32,376 nucleotides of DNA from IMG/VR virus record IMGVR_UViG_3300032277_001235, positions 1 through 32,376 of that record. The stretch is one strand, 5' to 3'. The DNA is from a virus (taxonomy: Duplodnaviria; Caudoviricetes). The position numbers were made by a program, and so were the translations under genes. Each line of letters starts with the position of its first letter. The first letter of the stretch is position 1. Positions 1 to 7,935 of this stretch are shown here, piece after piece. Under the pieces are notes generated by a model. The model was not told where the DNA came from. It ran no database searches and was given only the letters and a program-made list of their open reading frames with translations.

Positions 1-1
1 T

Positions 2-772
2 GTAGCTTATGGTGGTTACTGGATAATAAATAAGGGTATTTTGCTTGATGTTACATGGTCTTTAATCTCAGGATTTATTATTGCATCAACCGCTTTCTAT
101 TTAAGGTTTAGAGAGCAATACAAACTTAGACAACAAATCAAGAAACAATTTGAACATTACCTAGACCCAAGACAGGTCAAACAATTGCAAAAGAATCCTG
201 ATCTTTTGAAACTCGGTGGAGAGAAAAGAACCTGCACATTTTTGTTTACTGATCTAAGAGGTTTTACCGCATTGTCTGAATCTGTAACGCCTGAAAAAGT
301 TACTTACATTATGAATAAAGTTTTGACAGCACAACAAATAGCCGTTCAAAAACATGGGGGCATGGTTGATAAGTATATAGGGGATGCAATGATGGCAATA
401 TTCAACGCTCCTTTGGACTTAAAAAATCACAGCATGGTTGCTGTAGCTTGTGCATTAGACATACTGCAAAATATCAAAGACCTTAATGAAGAATTAATAT
501 CAGAGGGTTTGCCAAGTATTGCTATTGGTATAGGTATTAATAGTGGCGAAGCCATCATAGGCAACATGGGAAGTGAAAATAGATTTGATTACACAGCTAT
601 AGGTGATGCTGTGAACACAGCAGCTAGATTGGAAAGTGCTACAAAAGAAAGAGAAGTTGATTTGCTTATAGGGGAGCAAACAGAAGTTTACTGTGGTTTT
701 TATTTAGAGCCTTTAGAACCTATAATGGTTAAAGGTAAAGCAAAACCATTAAATATATTTACATGGAAATAA
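2..772 (+). CDS. Class III adenylyl cyclase, membrane-anchored (5'-partial; an upstream CHASE2-type sensor is likely but lies outside the window)
   Basis: Frame is open from base 2 (VAYGGYWIINKGILLDVTW...), so the TTG at 41 is not the true start. A TM helix is followed by FEHYLDPRQV..LKLGGE, then cyclase motifs FTDLRGFT, DKYIGDAMMAIF, GIGINSG and DYTAIGDAVNTAARLES. Confidence 0.92.
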   Translation, partial: VAYGGYWIINKGILLDVTWSLISGFIIASTAFYLRFREQYKLRQQIKKQFEHYLDPRQVKQLQKNPDLLKLGGEKRTCTFLFTDLRGFTALSESVTPEKVTYIMNKVLTAQQIAVQKHGGMVDKYIGDAMMAIFNAPLDLKNHSMVAVACALDILQNIKDLNEELISEGLPSIAIGIGINSGEAIIGNMGSENRFDYTAIGDAVNTAARLESATKEREVDLLIGEQTEVYCGFYLEPLEPIMVKGKAKPLNIFTWK

Positions 773-987
773 AAAAATTCATTCGTTGGTTTATAAGTTT
801 ATTTCAACAACGCTATCAAGTAAGAGTCTCTTTTAACAAAGAATATGGTGATGCAGACGACAAGGTTTATGTATGCAAAAAAATTCTTGTGCAAAAAGAA
901 AACCATCTTAAATTTCGCAATTTAGACAATAAAGTTATAGAGTATAGAAGTGCAGGTGGACTAAATTACATTATTGAGGATATGTAA
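763..987 (+). CDS. Hypothetical protein, 74 aa
   Basis: Overlaps the cyclase end; its stop overlaps the next ATG (TAATG at 985-989). Confidence 0.7.
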   Translation: MEIKKFIRWFISLFQQRYQVRVSFNKEYGDADDKVYVCKKILVQKENHLKFRNLDNKVIEYRSAGGLNYIIEDM

Positions 988-1382
988 TGCAACAGATTCT
1001 AGTTGGAATTATTATTATGCTAGGTTTAGCTACTTACTATTTCTATAGTCAAAATCAAATACTTACAGCCAACAATGCAGCGTTAGAGGGCGCAGTTGCA
1101 ACACAAGAAGAAGCCATAGCATCCATACAAGCTGACTTTGAATTGCAAACACAACAACTGCAAGACCTGACAGTCAAAAGCCAAGCTGCACAAAAAGAAT
1201 TGAATAGATATACACAGTTTATACAAAACTACGAGTTAGCATCTAAGATACTTGCTGACCCAGTAGAAATGGAGAGGAAAATAAATAATGGTACAAAGCA
1301 TATCATGGAAAACATTGAGCAAATCAGCAGTGATGTTGACGGTCTTGATGATGGCTTACAGTTGCAGCCTACTTCCGACTAG
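987..1382 (+). CDS. Putative i-spanin (Rz-like)
   Basis: N-terminal TM helix (ILVGIIIMLGLATYYFY) followed by a long coiled coil; overlaps a downstream lipoprotein gene in the lysis cluster. Confidence 0.7.
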   Translation: MQQILVGIIIMLGLATYYFYSQNQILTANNAALEGAVATQEEAIASIQADFELQTQQLQDLTVKSQAAQKELNRYTQFIQNYELASKILADPVEMERKINNGTKHIMENIEQISSDVDGLDDGLQLQPTSD

Positions 1383-1677
1383 AGAAATACAGGTAAGCGC
1401 CAAACCTATTGAAAGAAAGATAGTTCAACCTGTCATGCCTAGAGAAATTGACCTAAGGGAATTGCAGTGGATGACTGTTACGCCTGATAACTGGGAAGAT
1501 CAATTGGCAAGAATAGAGCAACAAGAAGGTGAGTTAGTGTTCCTTGCTATGACGATTCCTGACTATGAAGTCATGGCATACAATATGCAAGAGATCAAAA
1601 GATACATTACAGAACTAAAGGATGTAGTTGTTTACTACCGAAAAGTAACAACTGAAAACCTTTCAATAGAAGAATAA
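1288..1677 (+). CDS. Putative o-spanin (Rz1-like lipoprotein); true start may be TTG at 1315
   Basis: Signal peptide with lipobox-like MAYS|C, Pro-rich mature N-terminus, out-of-frame overlap with the i-spanin 3' end. Confidence 0.7.
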   Translation: MVQSISWKTLSKSAVMLTVLMMAYSCSLLPTREIQVSAKPIERKIVQPVMPREIDLRELQWMTVTPDNWEDQLARIEQQEGELVFLAMTIPDYEVMAYNMQEIKRYITELKDVVVYYRKVTTENLSIEE

Positions 1678-1713
1678 ATCTGATAGCCTTAAATTTTCAT
1701 ATAGGAGAATAAT

Positions 1714-1875
1714 ATGGGAATGATAGGAGAATGGATAGGAATAATCACAGGAGTAGTATGTTTAGCATCTATTATCTGTGCATTAACTCCGACTCCGAAA
1801 GATGATGCAATGATCGGAAAGTTCTATAAATTTTTAGAACTTATGGCATTGAACATTGGAAAAGCTAAACAGTAA
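1714..1875 (+). CDS. Small membrane protein, holin candidate (53 aa: MGMIGEWIGIITGVVCLASIICALTPTPKDDAMIGKFYKFLELMALNIGKAKQ)
   Basis: Not in the ORF track; translated by hand. AGGAG SD at 1703-1707, one TM helix, TPTPKDD motif, basic C-terminus, lysis-cassette position. Confidence 0.7.
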   Translation: MGMIGEWIGIITGVVCLASIICALTPTPKDDAMIGKFYKFLELMALNIGKAKQ

Positions 1876-1882
1876 AAACCAA

Positions 1883-1907
1883 AGGTGCAGAAGCACCTAT
1901 TTAATTT
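1883..1907 (+). terminator. Possible weak intrinsic terminator
   Basis: AGGTGC-AGAA-GCACCT hairpin followed by ATTTAATTT, just after the holin stop. Confidence 0.4.
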
Positions 1908-2303
1908 ATGGCAAATACAGTTACACCATTCGTTTATAACGCAATCTTAGAAAGGGTCGTAGATGGCGACACCGTTGATGTTACTCTTGACTTGGGCTTC
2001 TCTGTCCATCTAAAAAAACAACGCTGCAGGTTGGCAGGCATAGATACGCCTGAGTCAAGAACTCGCAACCTAGAAGAAAAAGCATTAGGTTTAAAAGCAA
2101 AAGAAAGACTAAAAGAACTATGCGTGGGGTCATTTAAAATACAATCATTAGGAAAAGGTAAATATGGCAGAATACTTGCAATCCCTTATACGGAAGATGG
2201 TCAAGACATTTGTCAAATGCTTATCAAAGAAGGTCACGCAGTTGAATACTGGGGTGGAACTAAAAAAGCAAAAGTCAGAGATGACGGAACTTGGGGTGAA
2301 TAA
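1908..2303 (+). CDS. Thermonuclease (staphylococcal nuclease, SNase-like)
   Basis: RVVDGDTV, RLAGIDTPE, GKYGRIL and LIKEGHA motifs. Confidence 0.92.
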   Translation: MANTVTPFVYNAILERVVDGDTVDVTLDLGFSVHLKKQRCRLAGIDTPESRTRNLEEKALGLKAKERLKELCVGSFKIQSLGKGKYGRILAIPYTEDGQDICQMLIKEGHAVEYWGGTKKAKVRDDGTWGE

Positions 2304-2304
2304 T

Positions 2305-2748
2305 ATGCATATATCAGATGAAGGAATTTCATTAGTTAAAAAGTTTGAAGGCTGTAAGTTAGAAGCATATCAATGTGCTGCAGGTGTTTGGACTATAGGC
2401 TATGGCTCAACGCATGGTGTACAGAAAGGAGATGTTTGGTCGCAAGAAAAAGCAGAAGTTATGCTTATTGACGAACTAGAAGAATACGGCAAGTATGTAG
2501 AAGAATTAGTAACTCTACCTCTCAATCAATGTCAATTTGATGCTCTTGCTTCATGGACATTTAACTTAGGACCAAGCAACTTGCAGAGCAGCACAATGCT
2601 TAAGGTTTTAAATTCAGGCGATTATGAGGGTGTTCCAAATCAAATAAAGAGATGGAATAAAGTTAGCGGTCAGGTAAATGATGGTTTGATTCGTAGACGA
2701 GAAGCAGAAGCATTGTTATTTGAGGGTAAGCATTGGGAACATATCTAG
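2305..2748 (+). CDS. Endolysin, GH24 phage lysozyme
   Basis: FEGCKLEAYQCAAGVWTIGYG, QFDALASWTFNLG and GLIRRREAE motifs. ATG at 2305 follows the nuclease stop; the 2164 start in the track is an overextension. Confidence 0.93.
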   Translation: MHISDEGISLVKKFEGCKLEAYQCAAGVWTIGYGSTHGVQKGDVWSQEKAEVMLIDELEEYGKYVEELVTLPLNQCQFDALASWTFNLGPSNLQSSTMLKVLNSGDYEGVPNQIKRWNKVSGQVNDGLIRRREAEALLFEGKHWEHI

Positions 2749-2964
2749 ATGGCTCTAAGCAAGACACAGAACAAAAGGCTTGGGGTGATACTAAGTGTTA
2801 TGTTCAAAGAAGAAACGCCACAGGAGCTACTACAGGATGTCATACGGCATGGTTTCGTAGAGAAAGTTGATAATACTTTTCAACTCACAGATAAAGGCAT
2901 TGATGAAAAAAACCGACTTTGCACCCTTAGTGGACTTAATATCAAGTATTCAAGCGAAAAATAA
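2749..2964 (+). CDS. Hypothetical protein, 71 aa, possible winged helix
   Basis: Abuts the endolysin stop; GFVEK..FQLTDKG resembles a wHTH wing. Confidence 0.6.
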   Translation: MALSKTQNKRLGVILSVMFKEETPQELLQDVIRHGFVEKVDNTFQLTDKGIDEKNRLCTLSGLNIKYSSEK

Positions 2965-2965
2965 T

Positions 2966-3523
2966 CTAAATCCAGTCAGCACCTTCGTACCATCCAACAA
3001 GGCTGAATCTCTCGCCCTTAGTTACCTTAGTGACTCTGTGATAAAGAAAAGAAGGAAACACTAGGATTGTTCCTTTTTCTCTTAGCTTCTTTTGATCTAG
3101 TTTGCCTATATCTTTACTAAACTCAAAGTCTCCACCGACATAATCAATACTGTCTGATAGTTGAACTGTAATGCTTAACTTACGCTGTGAACTATTATCG
3201 TAGATGTTTGAATCCATGTGATAGTCATAGAAGTCACCCTTGCCATACTTAGCTATTTGAAACTCAAAGTATCTATTTAATTGCACACCAAAGCATTCAC
3301 GATTTGCCATAGTTATATAAGGCTCAATAATTCTATTAAGATATATCCCATGTTTAGAATCAAAACTACAAGGCAGAACATTAGATGATCTTACGGACTT
3401 ATCAATATTAGCTACATTTCCTACCTTTGCTTCTTTGGTTTTGCCTTCAAGGTATAAAGACTTAATTGCTTCACAATATTCTTCACTGAGTTCTGCTTGC
3501 CATGAATAGCAGTAGGTGTTCAT
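2966..3523 (-). CDS. 2OG-Fe(II) oxygenase (prolyl-hydroxylase/PKHD-like)
   Basis: HxD (YHMD), RKLSITVQLSD, YVGGDF, VFPSFLYHRVTKV and RFSLVGW motifs. Confidence 0.92.
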   Translation of the reverse strand: MNTYCYSWQAELSEEYCEAIKSLYLEGKTKEAKVGNVANIDKSVRSSNVLPCSFDSKHGIYLNRIIEPYITMANRECFGVQLNRYFEFQIAKYGKGDFYDYHMDSNIYDNSSQRKLSITVQLSDSIDYVGGDFEFSKDIGKLDQKKLREKGTILVFPSFLYHRVTKVTKGERFSLVGWYEGADWI

Positions 3524-3618
3524 TAAGTTCGTGCTCTAAATAAATACAAAAGGTTTCTAATAGTTTGTTTAGGTAAATGTTGAAGATGCTTCGGTATTTT
3601 TACTCCCCTAACTATCAC
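3523..3618 (-). CDS. Small basic protein, 31 aa (MIVRGVKIPKHLQHLPKQTIRNLLYLFRART)
   Basis: Translated by hand; GTG start; stop overlaps the oxygenase ATG (TAATG). Confidence 0.55.
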   Translation of the reverse strand: MIVRGVKIPKHLQHLPKQTIRNLLYLFRART

Positions 3619-3799
3619 TTTTTATTCTCCACATTTTTATTGATTTATAAATAACCAAAGACAAGCTTATGCCCAACAAAAAAGCAGGTAGAAGTATTTG
3701 CCATTGCACACTTTCAACAAATAGGTAATCCAACCAATACTCTAAACCATGTTCTTGCCAATATTCTATATTCCAAAATGTTTCTCTAAATATAAACAT
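3608..3799 (-). CDS. Small membrane protein, 63 aa
   Basis: Trp-rich with a C-terminal TM helix; ATG directly follows the upstream TAA. Confidence 0.65.
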   Translation of the reverse strand: MFIFRETFWNIEYWQEHGLEYWLDYLFVESVQWQILLPAFLLGISLSLVIYKSIKMWRIKSDS

Positions 3800-3910
3800 T
3801 TACATTTCCTCGTCTATATCAGACTTGCTGAAAGCATATGCAGGTAAAACTATACAAAGTAGTAAACCTATTGCTCTCGCTAGTTCAAATATTATTAATT
3901 CAATAGTCAT
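3800..3910 (-). CDS. Small membrane peptide, 36 aa (MTIELIIFELARAIGLLLCIVLPAYAFSKSDIDEEM)
   Basis: Translated by hand; GGGGT SD; overlaps or abuts both neighbours. Confidence 0.6.
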   Translation of the reverse strand: MTIELIIFELARAIGLLLCIVLPAYAFSKSDIDEEM

Positions 3911-4043
3911 TATCTTTACCCCACTTACAGTTAATTATGTCCTCTAACTCATTAGCCGTATTTTCATTAATTATAAAATCAATAATAATCCAAGCCATCA
4001 TCCATATTGCTACTGGCAATATAATCCAAAATAAATAATTCAT
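3900..4043 (-). CDS. Small membrane peptide, 47 aa (MNYLFWIILPVAIWMMAWIIIDFIINENTANELEDIINCKWGKDNDY)
   Basis: Translated by hand; AAGGGGG SD; ATGA overlap with the upstream gene. Confidence 0.65.
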   Translation of the reverse strand: MNYLFWIILPVAIWMMAWIIIDFIINENTANELEDIINCKWGKDNDY

Positions 4044-4138
4044 AGTTCCCCCTTAATCCATAAAATCATTTGTAAAAATATAGCACAAGCACCATATAGT
4101 GCTAAAAATCCTATTACTAAATATATAAATGCTTCCAT
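4040..4138 (-). CDS. Small membrane peptide, 32 aa (MEAFIYLVIGFLALYGACAIFLQMILWIKGEL)
   Basis: Translated by hand; TAATG overlap upstream and ATGA overlap downstream. Confidence 0.62.
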   Translation of the reverse strand: MEAFIYLVIGFLALYGACAIFLQMILWIKGEL

Positions 4139-4323
4139 TAGTGTAATACCCTCTCTCTACAGCCATTCTTCATAAATTCTTGAAGATCATGCCAATCTTT
4201 TAAGGTTAAAATATCTGCTACTTCGTGAATAGGCATACTCATAAAGTCTGTTTGATATTTAATAGATAACTTAGCCACCTTGCGTTCCAAGGGTGACATA
4301 TCTTTGAACTCATTATCTGACAT
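4138..4323 (-). CDS. Hypothetical protein, 61 aa
   Basis: GAGGT SD; coupled within the operon. Confidence 0.7.
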   Translation of the reverse strand: MSDNEFKDMSPLERKVAKLSIKYQTDFMSMPIHEVADILTLKDWHDLQEFMKNGCRERVLH

Positions 4324-4489
4324 TTTCTACCTCTCTAGATTTATAAGAAGCAGTTTGACCAGTAGACCATATTTGATCTACTCGTTTTTCTGCATCTGAT
4401 TTTTTATTGTAAGTTGCTATTTTTTTATGCTCTCCATATCTTCCGATATGTGCAAAATACTGGTAGACGTCATAAACAATAGTTTTCAT
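4313..4489 (-). CDS. Hypothetical protein, 58 aa (MKTIVYDVYQYFAHIGRYGEHKKIATYNKKSDAEKRVDQIWSTGQTASYKSREVENVR)
   Basis: Translated by hand; ATGA overlap with 4486..4797; GAGGT SD. Confidence 0.68.
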   Translation of the reverse strand: MKTIVYDVYQYFAHIGRYGEHKKIATYNKKSDAEKRVDQIWSTGQTASYKSREVENVR

Positions 4490-4797
4490 GCTTGTACCTC
4501 ATTATATATAAAACCACTTAGGTTAAAATTATCTATAACAACTGTGTCACCCCATGTTTCATAAATTTTTTCTCCATGTCTGCCGTTACCCATGGGTACT
4601 AAGAAATAAAATTTATCATTTATAAGGTCATGTAAAACATCACCACTAGATGTGCTTCTTTTACCCTCAGGATGCCAAGATTCATCTATGTTTTGTGTTT
4701 GTGCAAATGCTTCGGATAAACTTTCCGTATGTATACAAGCAACTCTTGTATATGGTAGTTCGTTGTTGCCTTTAATTGAATGGTATATATCAAACAT
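4486..4797 (-). CDS. YodL-like domain protein
   Basis: LSEAFAQTQN...KRSTSSGDVL resembles the YodL-type RS(L/M)SVGDV motif. Confidence 0.55.
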   Translation of the reverse strand: MFDIYHSIKGNNELPYTRVACIHTESLSEAFAQTQNIDESWHPEGKRSTSSGDVLHDLINDKFYFLVPMGNGRHGEKIYETWGDTVVIDNFNLSGFIYNEVQA

Positions 4798-5022
4798 TTA
4801 TACCACCATGAATCCTTGACCACACAATGCAGGTATTGCATGTGAGCCTAATTTATCTATTGCCCATTGTAATTGAAATATAGCTGTTACCCTTGTGCTG
4901 TTAGGTATGCCAACTATTATTGGTTTAGCTATATCAAATCCTAATTTAACTAATGCTTTTTCACAATTTTGTGTAGTAGCGTAAGTTCTTAGGTTATTGT
5001 TATTTTCTAGTATGTTTATCAT
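4798..5022 (-). CDS. Hypothetical early protein, 74 aa
   Basis: First gene after repeated promoter copy A; AAGGA SD. Confidence 0.72.
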   Translation of the reverse strand: MINILENNNNLRTYATTQNCEKALVKLGFDIAKPIIVGIPNSTRVTAIFQLQWAIDKLGSHAIPALCGQGFMVV

Positions 5023-5099
5023 TTTATCCTTGTTTAATTAATTTATAGGTACATCATACCAAATGGTGGACAAAAGTAAACCTTTTTTGGAATAATATT
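5023..5099 (-). promoter_or_regulatory. Repeated early promoter/leader module, copy A
   Basis: Minus strand: TATTCCAAAAAAG-GTTTAC-N17-TATGAT-GTACCTATAAATTAATTAAACAAGGATAAAATG. Confidence 0.8.
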
Positions 5100-5444
5100 T
5101 TAAAAAGGTAAATCGTTATCATCCACACTTTCTTGCATACTTCTTTGTTCCCAAAGTTTTTTTGCCCAATCTTTACCAAAGCTTGCAGGAAGTCCAAAGT
5201 GTGTAAAAAATTTATATTCATCACCAAACTTGGTGTGTAACATAGCATGGTGGTGATAGCATAAAGGTATTGCATTTTTATCATTAGCTTTTAAAGACAT
5301 ACCTCTAACGCCGTCATATGGTTTTAAAAGATGATGTGCTTGCACTTCTCTGCTGTGTGAATAATAACCTGCTTTACATAAAAGGCATGGCAAAGTCCTT
5401 ATCCATTCAAGATACTTTCTATCTTTAAAAGTTTTTTGTGGCAA
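5100..5444 (-). CDS. DUF968-like Zn-finger/HNH-like nuclease
   Basis: YLEWIRTLPCLLC, QAHH and DKNAIPLCYHHH motifs; TTG start; ends DDNDLPF. Confidence 0.75.
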   Translation of the reverse strand: MPQKTFKDRKYLEWIRTLPCLLCKAGYYSHSREVQAHHLLKPYDGVRGMSLKANDKNAIPLCYHHHAMLHTKFGDEYKFFTHFGLPASFGKDWAKKLWEQRSMQESVDDNDLPF

Positions 5445-5816
5445 TTAAAAAGGTACTTTAGCTTTTACAGATTCCTGTGTTGTGCCTTGGTCATTGACTT
5501 CTTGAAAACCAATGCTTGTAAATGGAACTCCATCTTTGCTTTCTTTAGCCCAACAACCAAGTTTATACACAGTTTCATCAATGGTAACTTTGCCACCCAT
5601 GTCGGGTGTTTTATCGCTTTGTTTATCAGTATTAAGATGCAACAAACCTGTAGACATCATAAACTCATACTTAGGCTCACCTTGTGCATTAAAACTTTTT
5701 ACAATAGCACCATATTTTTTTTCGCCATTTATAACAAAGCTACCTTTTCTTTCTATGGTTGCATCATTTTCATGCCATAAGTAACCTTTCTTCTCATCAT
5801 CATACTGTCTATCCAT
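5445..5816 (-). CDS. Putative single-stranded DNA-binding protein (DUF736-like)
   Basis: KTPDMGG.V...YKLGCW.K.SK.G..F.SI pattern, C-terminal PF, position in the recombination module, AGGAG SD. Confidence 0.6.
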   Translation of the reverse strand: MDRQYDDEKKGYLWHENDATIERKGSFVINGEKKYGAIVKSFNAQGEPKYEFMMSTGLLHLNTDKQSDKTPDMGGKVTIDETVYKLGCWAKESKDGVPFTSIGFQEVNDQGTTQESVKAKVPF

Positions 5817-6075
5817 TTTTTACTCCTATTAATTTATATTCAAACCCTTTGCCATTTAATTGTTTTCTTTTCTCTATAACCTCACCAAATTTAGCTAGTT
5901 TATATTTTACCCTTGCAGGCTCTTTTCTAAGATTTCTTATGGCAGCCGAAATGGACGGCTCACCATAAAAAACATCTGACTTTTCTTTTATTACTTTTTG
6001 TAAATCCCAAAAAGTCCACCATTCTTCATTACGCATACATAAAAATACGCAATCATCTAATGTTAATTTAGGCAT
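5809..6075 (-). CDS. Winged-helix DNA-binding protein
   Basis: WWTFWDLQ...GEPSISAAIRNLRK...EYKL pattern. Confidence 0.6.
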   Translation of the reverse strand: MPKLTLDDCVFLCMRNEEWWTFWDLQKVIKEKSDVFYGEPSISAAIRNLRKEPARVKYKLAKFGEVIEKRKQLNGKGFEYKLIGVKNG

Positions 6076-6745
6076 ACATTTCTACCATAGTGTCATAAGA
6101 TTGTTTTAATGAAACATCTTTAGATTCTATAGATAAATAGGCTCTTTCTATTTCACTAGAGTTTAATGTAAATAACTCTTTTCTTTTTTCATCATTAAGT
6201 AAAGCCATTTGCACTCTTATAGATTGAATATAATCTACAGGTGTAGTATCCATAGAAATTTCATCATCATCTATTCTTTTTAATAAAAAACCTTTTACTT
6301 TATTTGGTTCAGTTTTTTTTACTATTTTTTTAGGTGCAGATGGTTTGCTATTTATTGCATTATCTACTTCAAATGCACTTGCATATTCACCACCACCAAG
6401 ACCACATGAAGCCAAGGCACGACCTATGGCACTTGTACAACAGTTTTCTAGGGCAGATGTTTTGTTAATATAACCCTCTGCTCTAAATTCTTCTGCAAAG
6501 TCTTTACCAATTGTGTACCAACCAGTTTCTTCTGCATTACAAATCTCTATCTGTGCTTCTACCACAACCCTTTCTAGGTCATGATGTATTATATTGGTAA
6601 TTACACCTACCTTTGAACCTAAATGCTTTCTAAGGACTTGTAAGCGTTTGTCTACTGTAGTGTAAAACTTACCCTTTATCTGTACTTTATCTTCATTTGA
6701 TAGGTTTGCTATTTCATTTATTGCGTCAATTAATTTATCACTCAT
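6068..6745 (-). CDS. Rad52/Sak-like single-strand annealing protein
   Basis: IKGKFYTTVDKRL and SALENCCTSAIGRALA motifs. The ATG at 6745 overlaps the upstream stop (ATGA) and is preferred over 6802. Confidence 0.65.
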   Translation of the reverse strand: MSDKLIDAINEIANLSNEDKVQIKGKFYTTVDKRLQVLRKHLGSKVGVITNIIHHDLERVVVEAQIEICNAEETGWYTIGKDFAEEFRAEGYINKTSALENCCTSAIGRALASCGLGGGEYASAFEVDNAINSKPSAPKKIVKKTEPNKVKGFLLKRIDDDEISMDTTPVDYIQSIRVQMALLNDEKRKELFTLNSSEIERAYLSIESKDVSLKQSYDTMVEMYA

Positions 6746-7530
6746 TCTATTCTCCATAGTTTTTTTGCAGCATCTTGATCTACTGGATTTGACCATCGCC
6801 AATCGTCAAAGTCAGGGTAGAACAAACTTGCTACTTGGTTTATATCATCTGAATAAGAAAGAACATTCATCATAGATAATGCAGCCTTTCTCAGTTCAAT
6901 GACTCTTTTTCTTACATCTGTAATTTCTATAGATACAACTTCGGCTTTCGTCTTGGTCACATGTATAAAATCAGCATAAGGTATGCTTTCTTCTGCAAAG
7001 GCATAGAGACTTAACTGACGACAGATGGTTGATGGCACTTTAGACATAAGGCGACCAGTGGTCTTTATATCTCTAGTAATACCATCATATTGAAGATCAA
7101 TATACCCAATGACTGGCACAGGTATATCTTCAAATTCTACTTCAATTCTTTTTTGGCATTCTTGGGGTTTACCAAGTTTTGCATAAAACGGTATAGCAAC
7201 TTCTAAATATCTTTGTAAATTATTTCTTTCTTTATCTACAGCATCTATGTCGTAGTCATGAGTTGCATTGTGATATTCATACAAAGAATCATAATCATAT
7301 TCAGAGTTTGTAATTGATCTGTGTAATTTCTTTTCTATAGATAAATCATTTTCAAAAGATTTGCATATAGCATCATCTATAACAGTACCACGCCACATGG
7401 CAGGATTTGGTATACCTCTATGACCACTAACCTTGAGAATCCAAGATGCAGGATTAGTTATAAATTGATTTATGGCACTAGCAGATAAGTGTTCTATACC
7501 ATGTACTTTAAATGGGTTGTTATTTTTCAT
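6742..7530 (-). CDS. PD-(D/E)XK exonuclease (RecB/Cas4-like fold)
   Basis: HLSASAINQF, GYIDL, DIKTT and QLSLY motifs; adjacent to the annealase. Confidence 0.85.
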   Translation of the reverse strand: MKNNNPFKVHGIEHLSASAINQFITNPASWILKVSGHRGIPNPAMWRGTVIDDAICKSFENDLSIEKKLHRSITNSEYDYDSLYEYHNATHDYDIDAVDKERNNLQRYLEVAIPFYAKLGKPQECQKRIEVEFEDIPVPVIGYIDLQYDGITRDIKTTGRLMSKVPSTICRQLSLYAFAEESIPYADFIHVTKTKAEVVSIEITDVRKRVIELRKAALSMMNVLSYSDDINQVASLFYPDFDDWRWSNPVDQDAAKKLWRIE

Positions 7531-7847
7531 AATCCGTAAGCCTGTTTAGATACATAACCTTGATTGTTTCTAGTTACAATTTTTGTATCTATACCTGTTT
7601 GGTTTTCTAGTTTGCCAATAACTTTAGCTATCTCAAATTTAATAGTTTTAATAAGCAGTTCAGACTCTAAATCGCTTATTACAAATCCCTCTGCATCTTT
7701 AAGAACTTGTCTTGCTACGCTATCCATAATGTTTAAACCACCAAAACATTTTTTGTATACTTGATCTTCTAAGTCAACAATAGATGACAAGATCAACAGT
7801 TTTGCTAGATGGTTAATATTTTTTATTTCTTGGTTTTGATATTTCAT
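7527..7847 (-). CDS. Hypothetical protein, 106 aa
   Basis: First gene of the recombination operon; AAGGT SD; ATGA overlap downstream. Confidence 0.72.
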   Translation of the reverse strand: MKYQNQEIKNINHLAKLLILSSIVDLEDQVYKKCFGGLNIMDSVARQVLKDAEGFVISDLESELLIKTIKFEIAKVIGKLENQTGIDTKIVTRNNQGYVSKQAYGL

Positions 7848-7935
7848 TTTATTACCTTTAATTTATTACCTTTTGGGGTAGTGTTTATTTAATATAGTCA
7901 GTATAATTCATTTATGGAATAATTAGAACCTTTTT
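7848..7935. promoter_or_regulatory. Divergent promoter region
   Basis: Minus strand: TTCTAA-N17-TATACT, then GACTATATTAAATAAAC, with a TATTCCATAAA box in the spacer. Plus strand: TATAAT at 7902-7907. Direct repeat TTTATTACCTTT at 7848 and 7862. Confidence 0.6.

Noticed and set aside
2-772. Pycsar (PycC) defence cyclase
   Set aside because: Has adenine-specifying residues and a TM anchor; no cyclic-nucleotide-binding effector is adjacent in the window.
2164-2304. N-terminal extension of the lysozyme ORF (possible SAR/signal region)
   Set aside because: It overlaps the nuclease gene out of frame and is not hydrophobic; the GH24 domain starts at ATG 2305.
5054-5968. Alternative ORFs 5054..5284, 5436..5780, 5512..5784 and 5759..5968
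   Set aside because: They overlap better-supported genes and the promoter repeat; no motifs.
6742-7530. Cas4 / CRISPR-associated nuclease
   Set aside because: Lacks the four-Cys Fe-S pattern and any array; the context is a phage recombination module.
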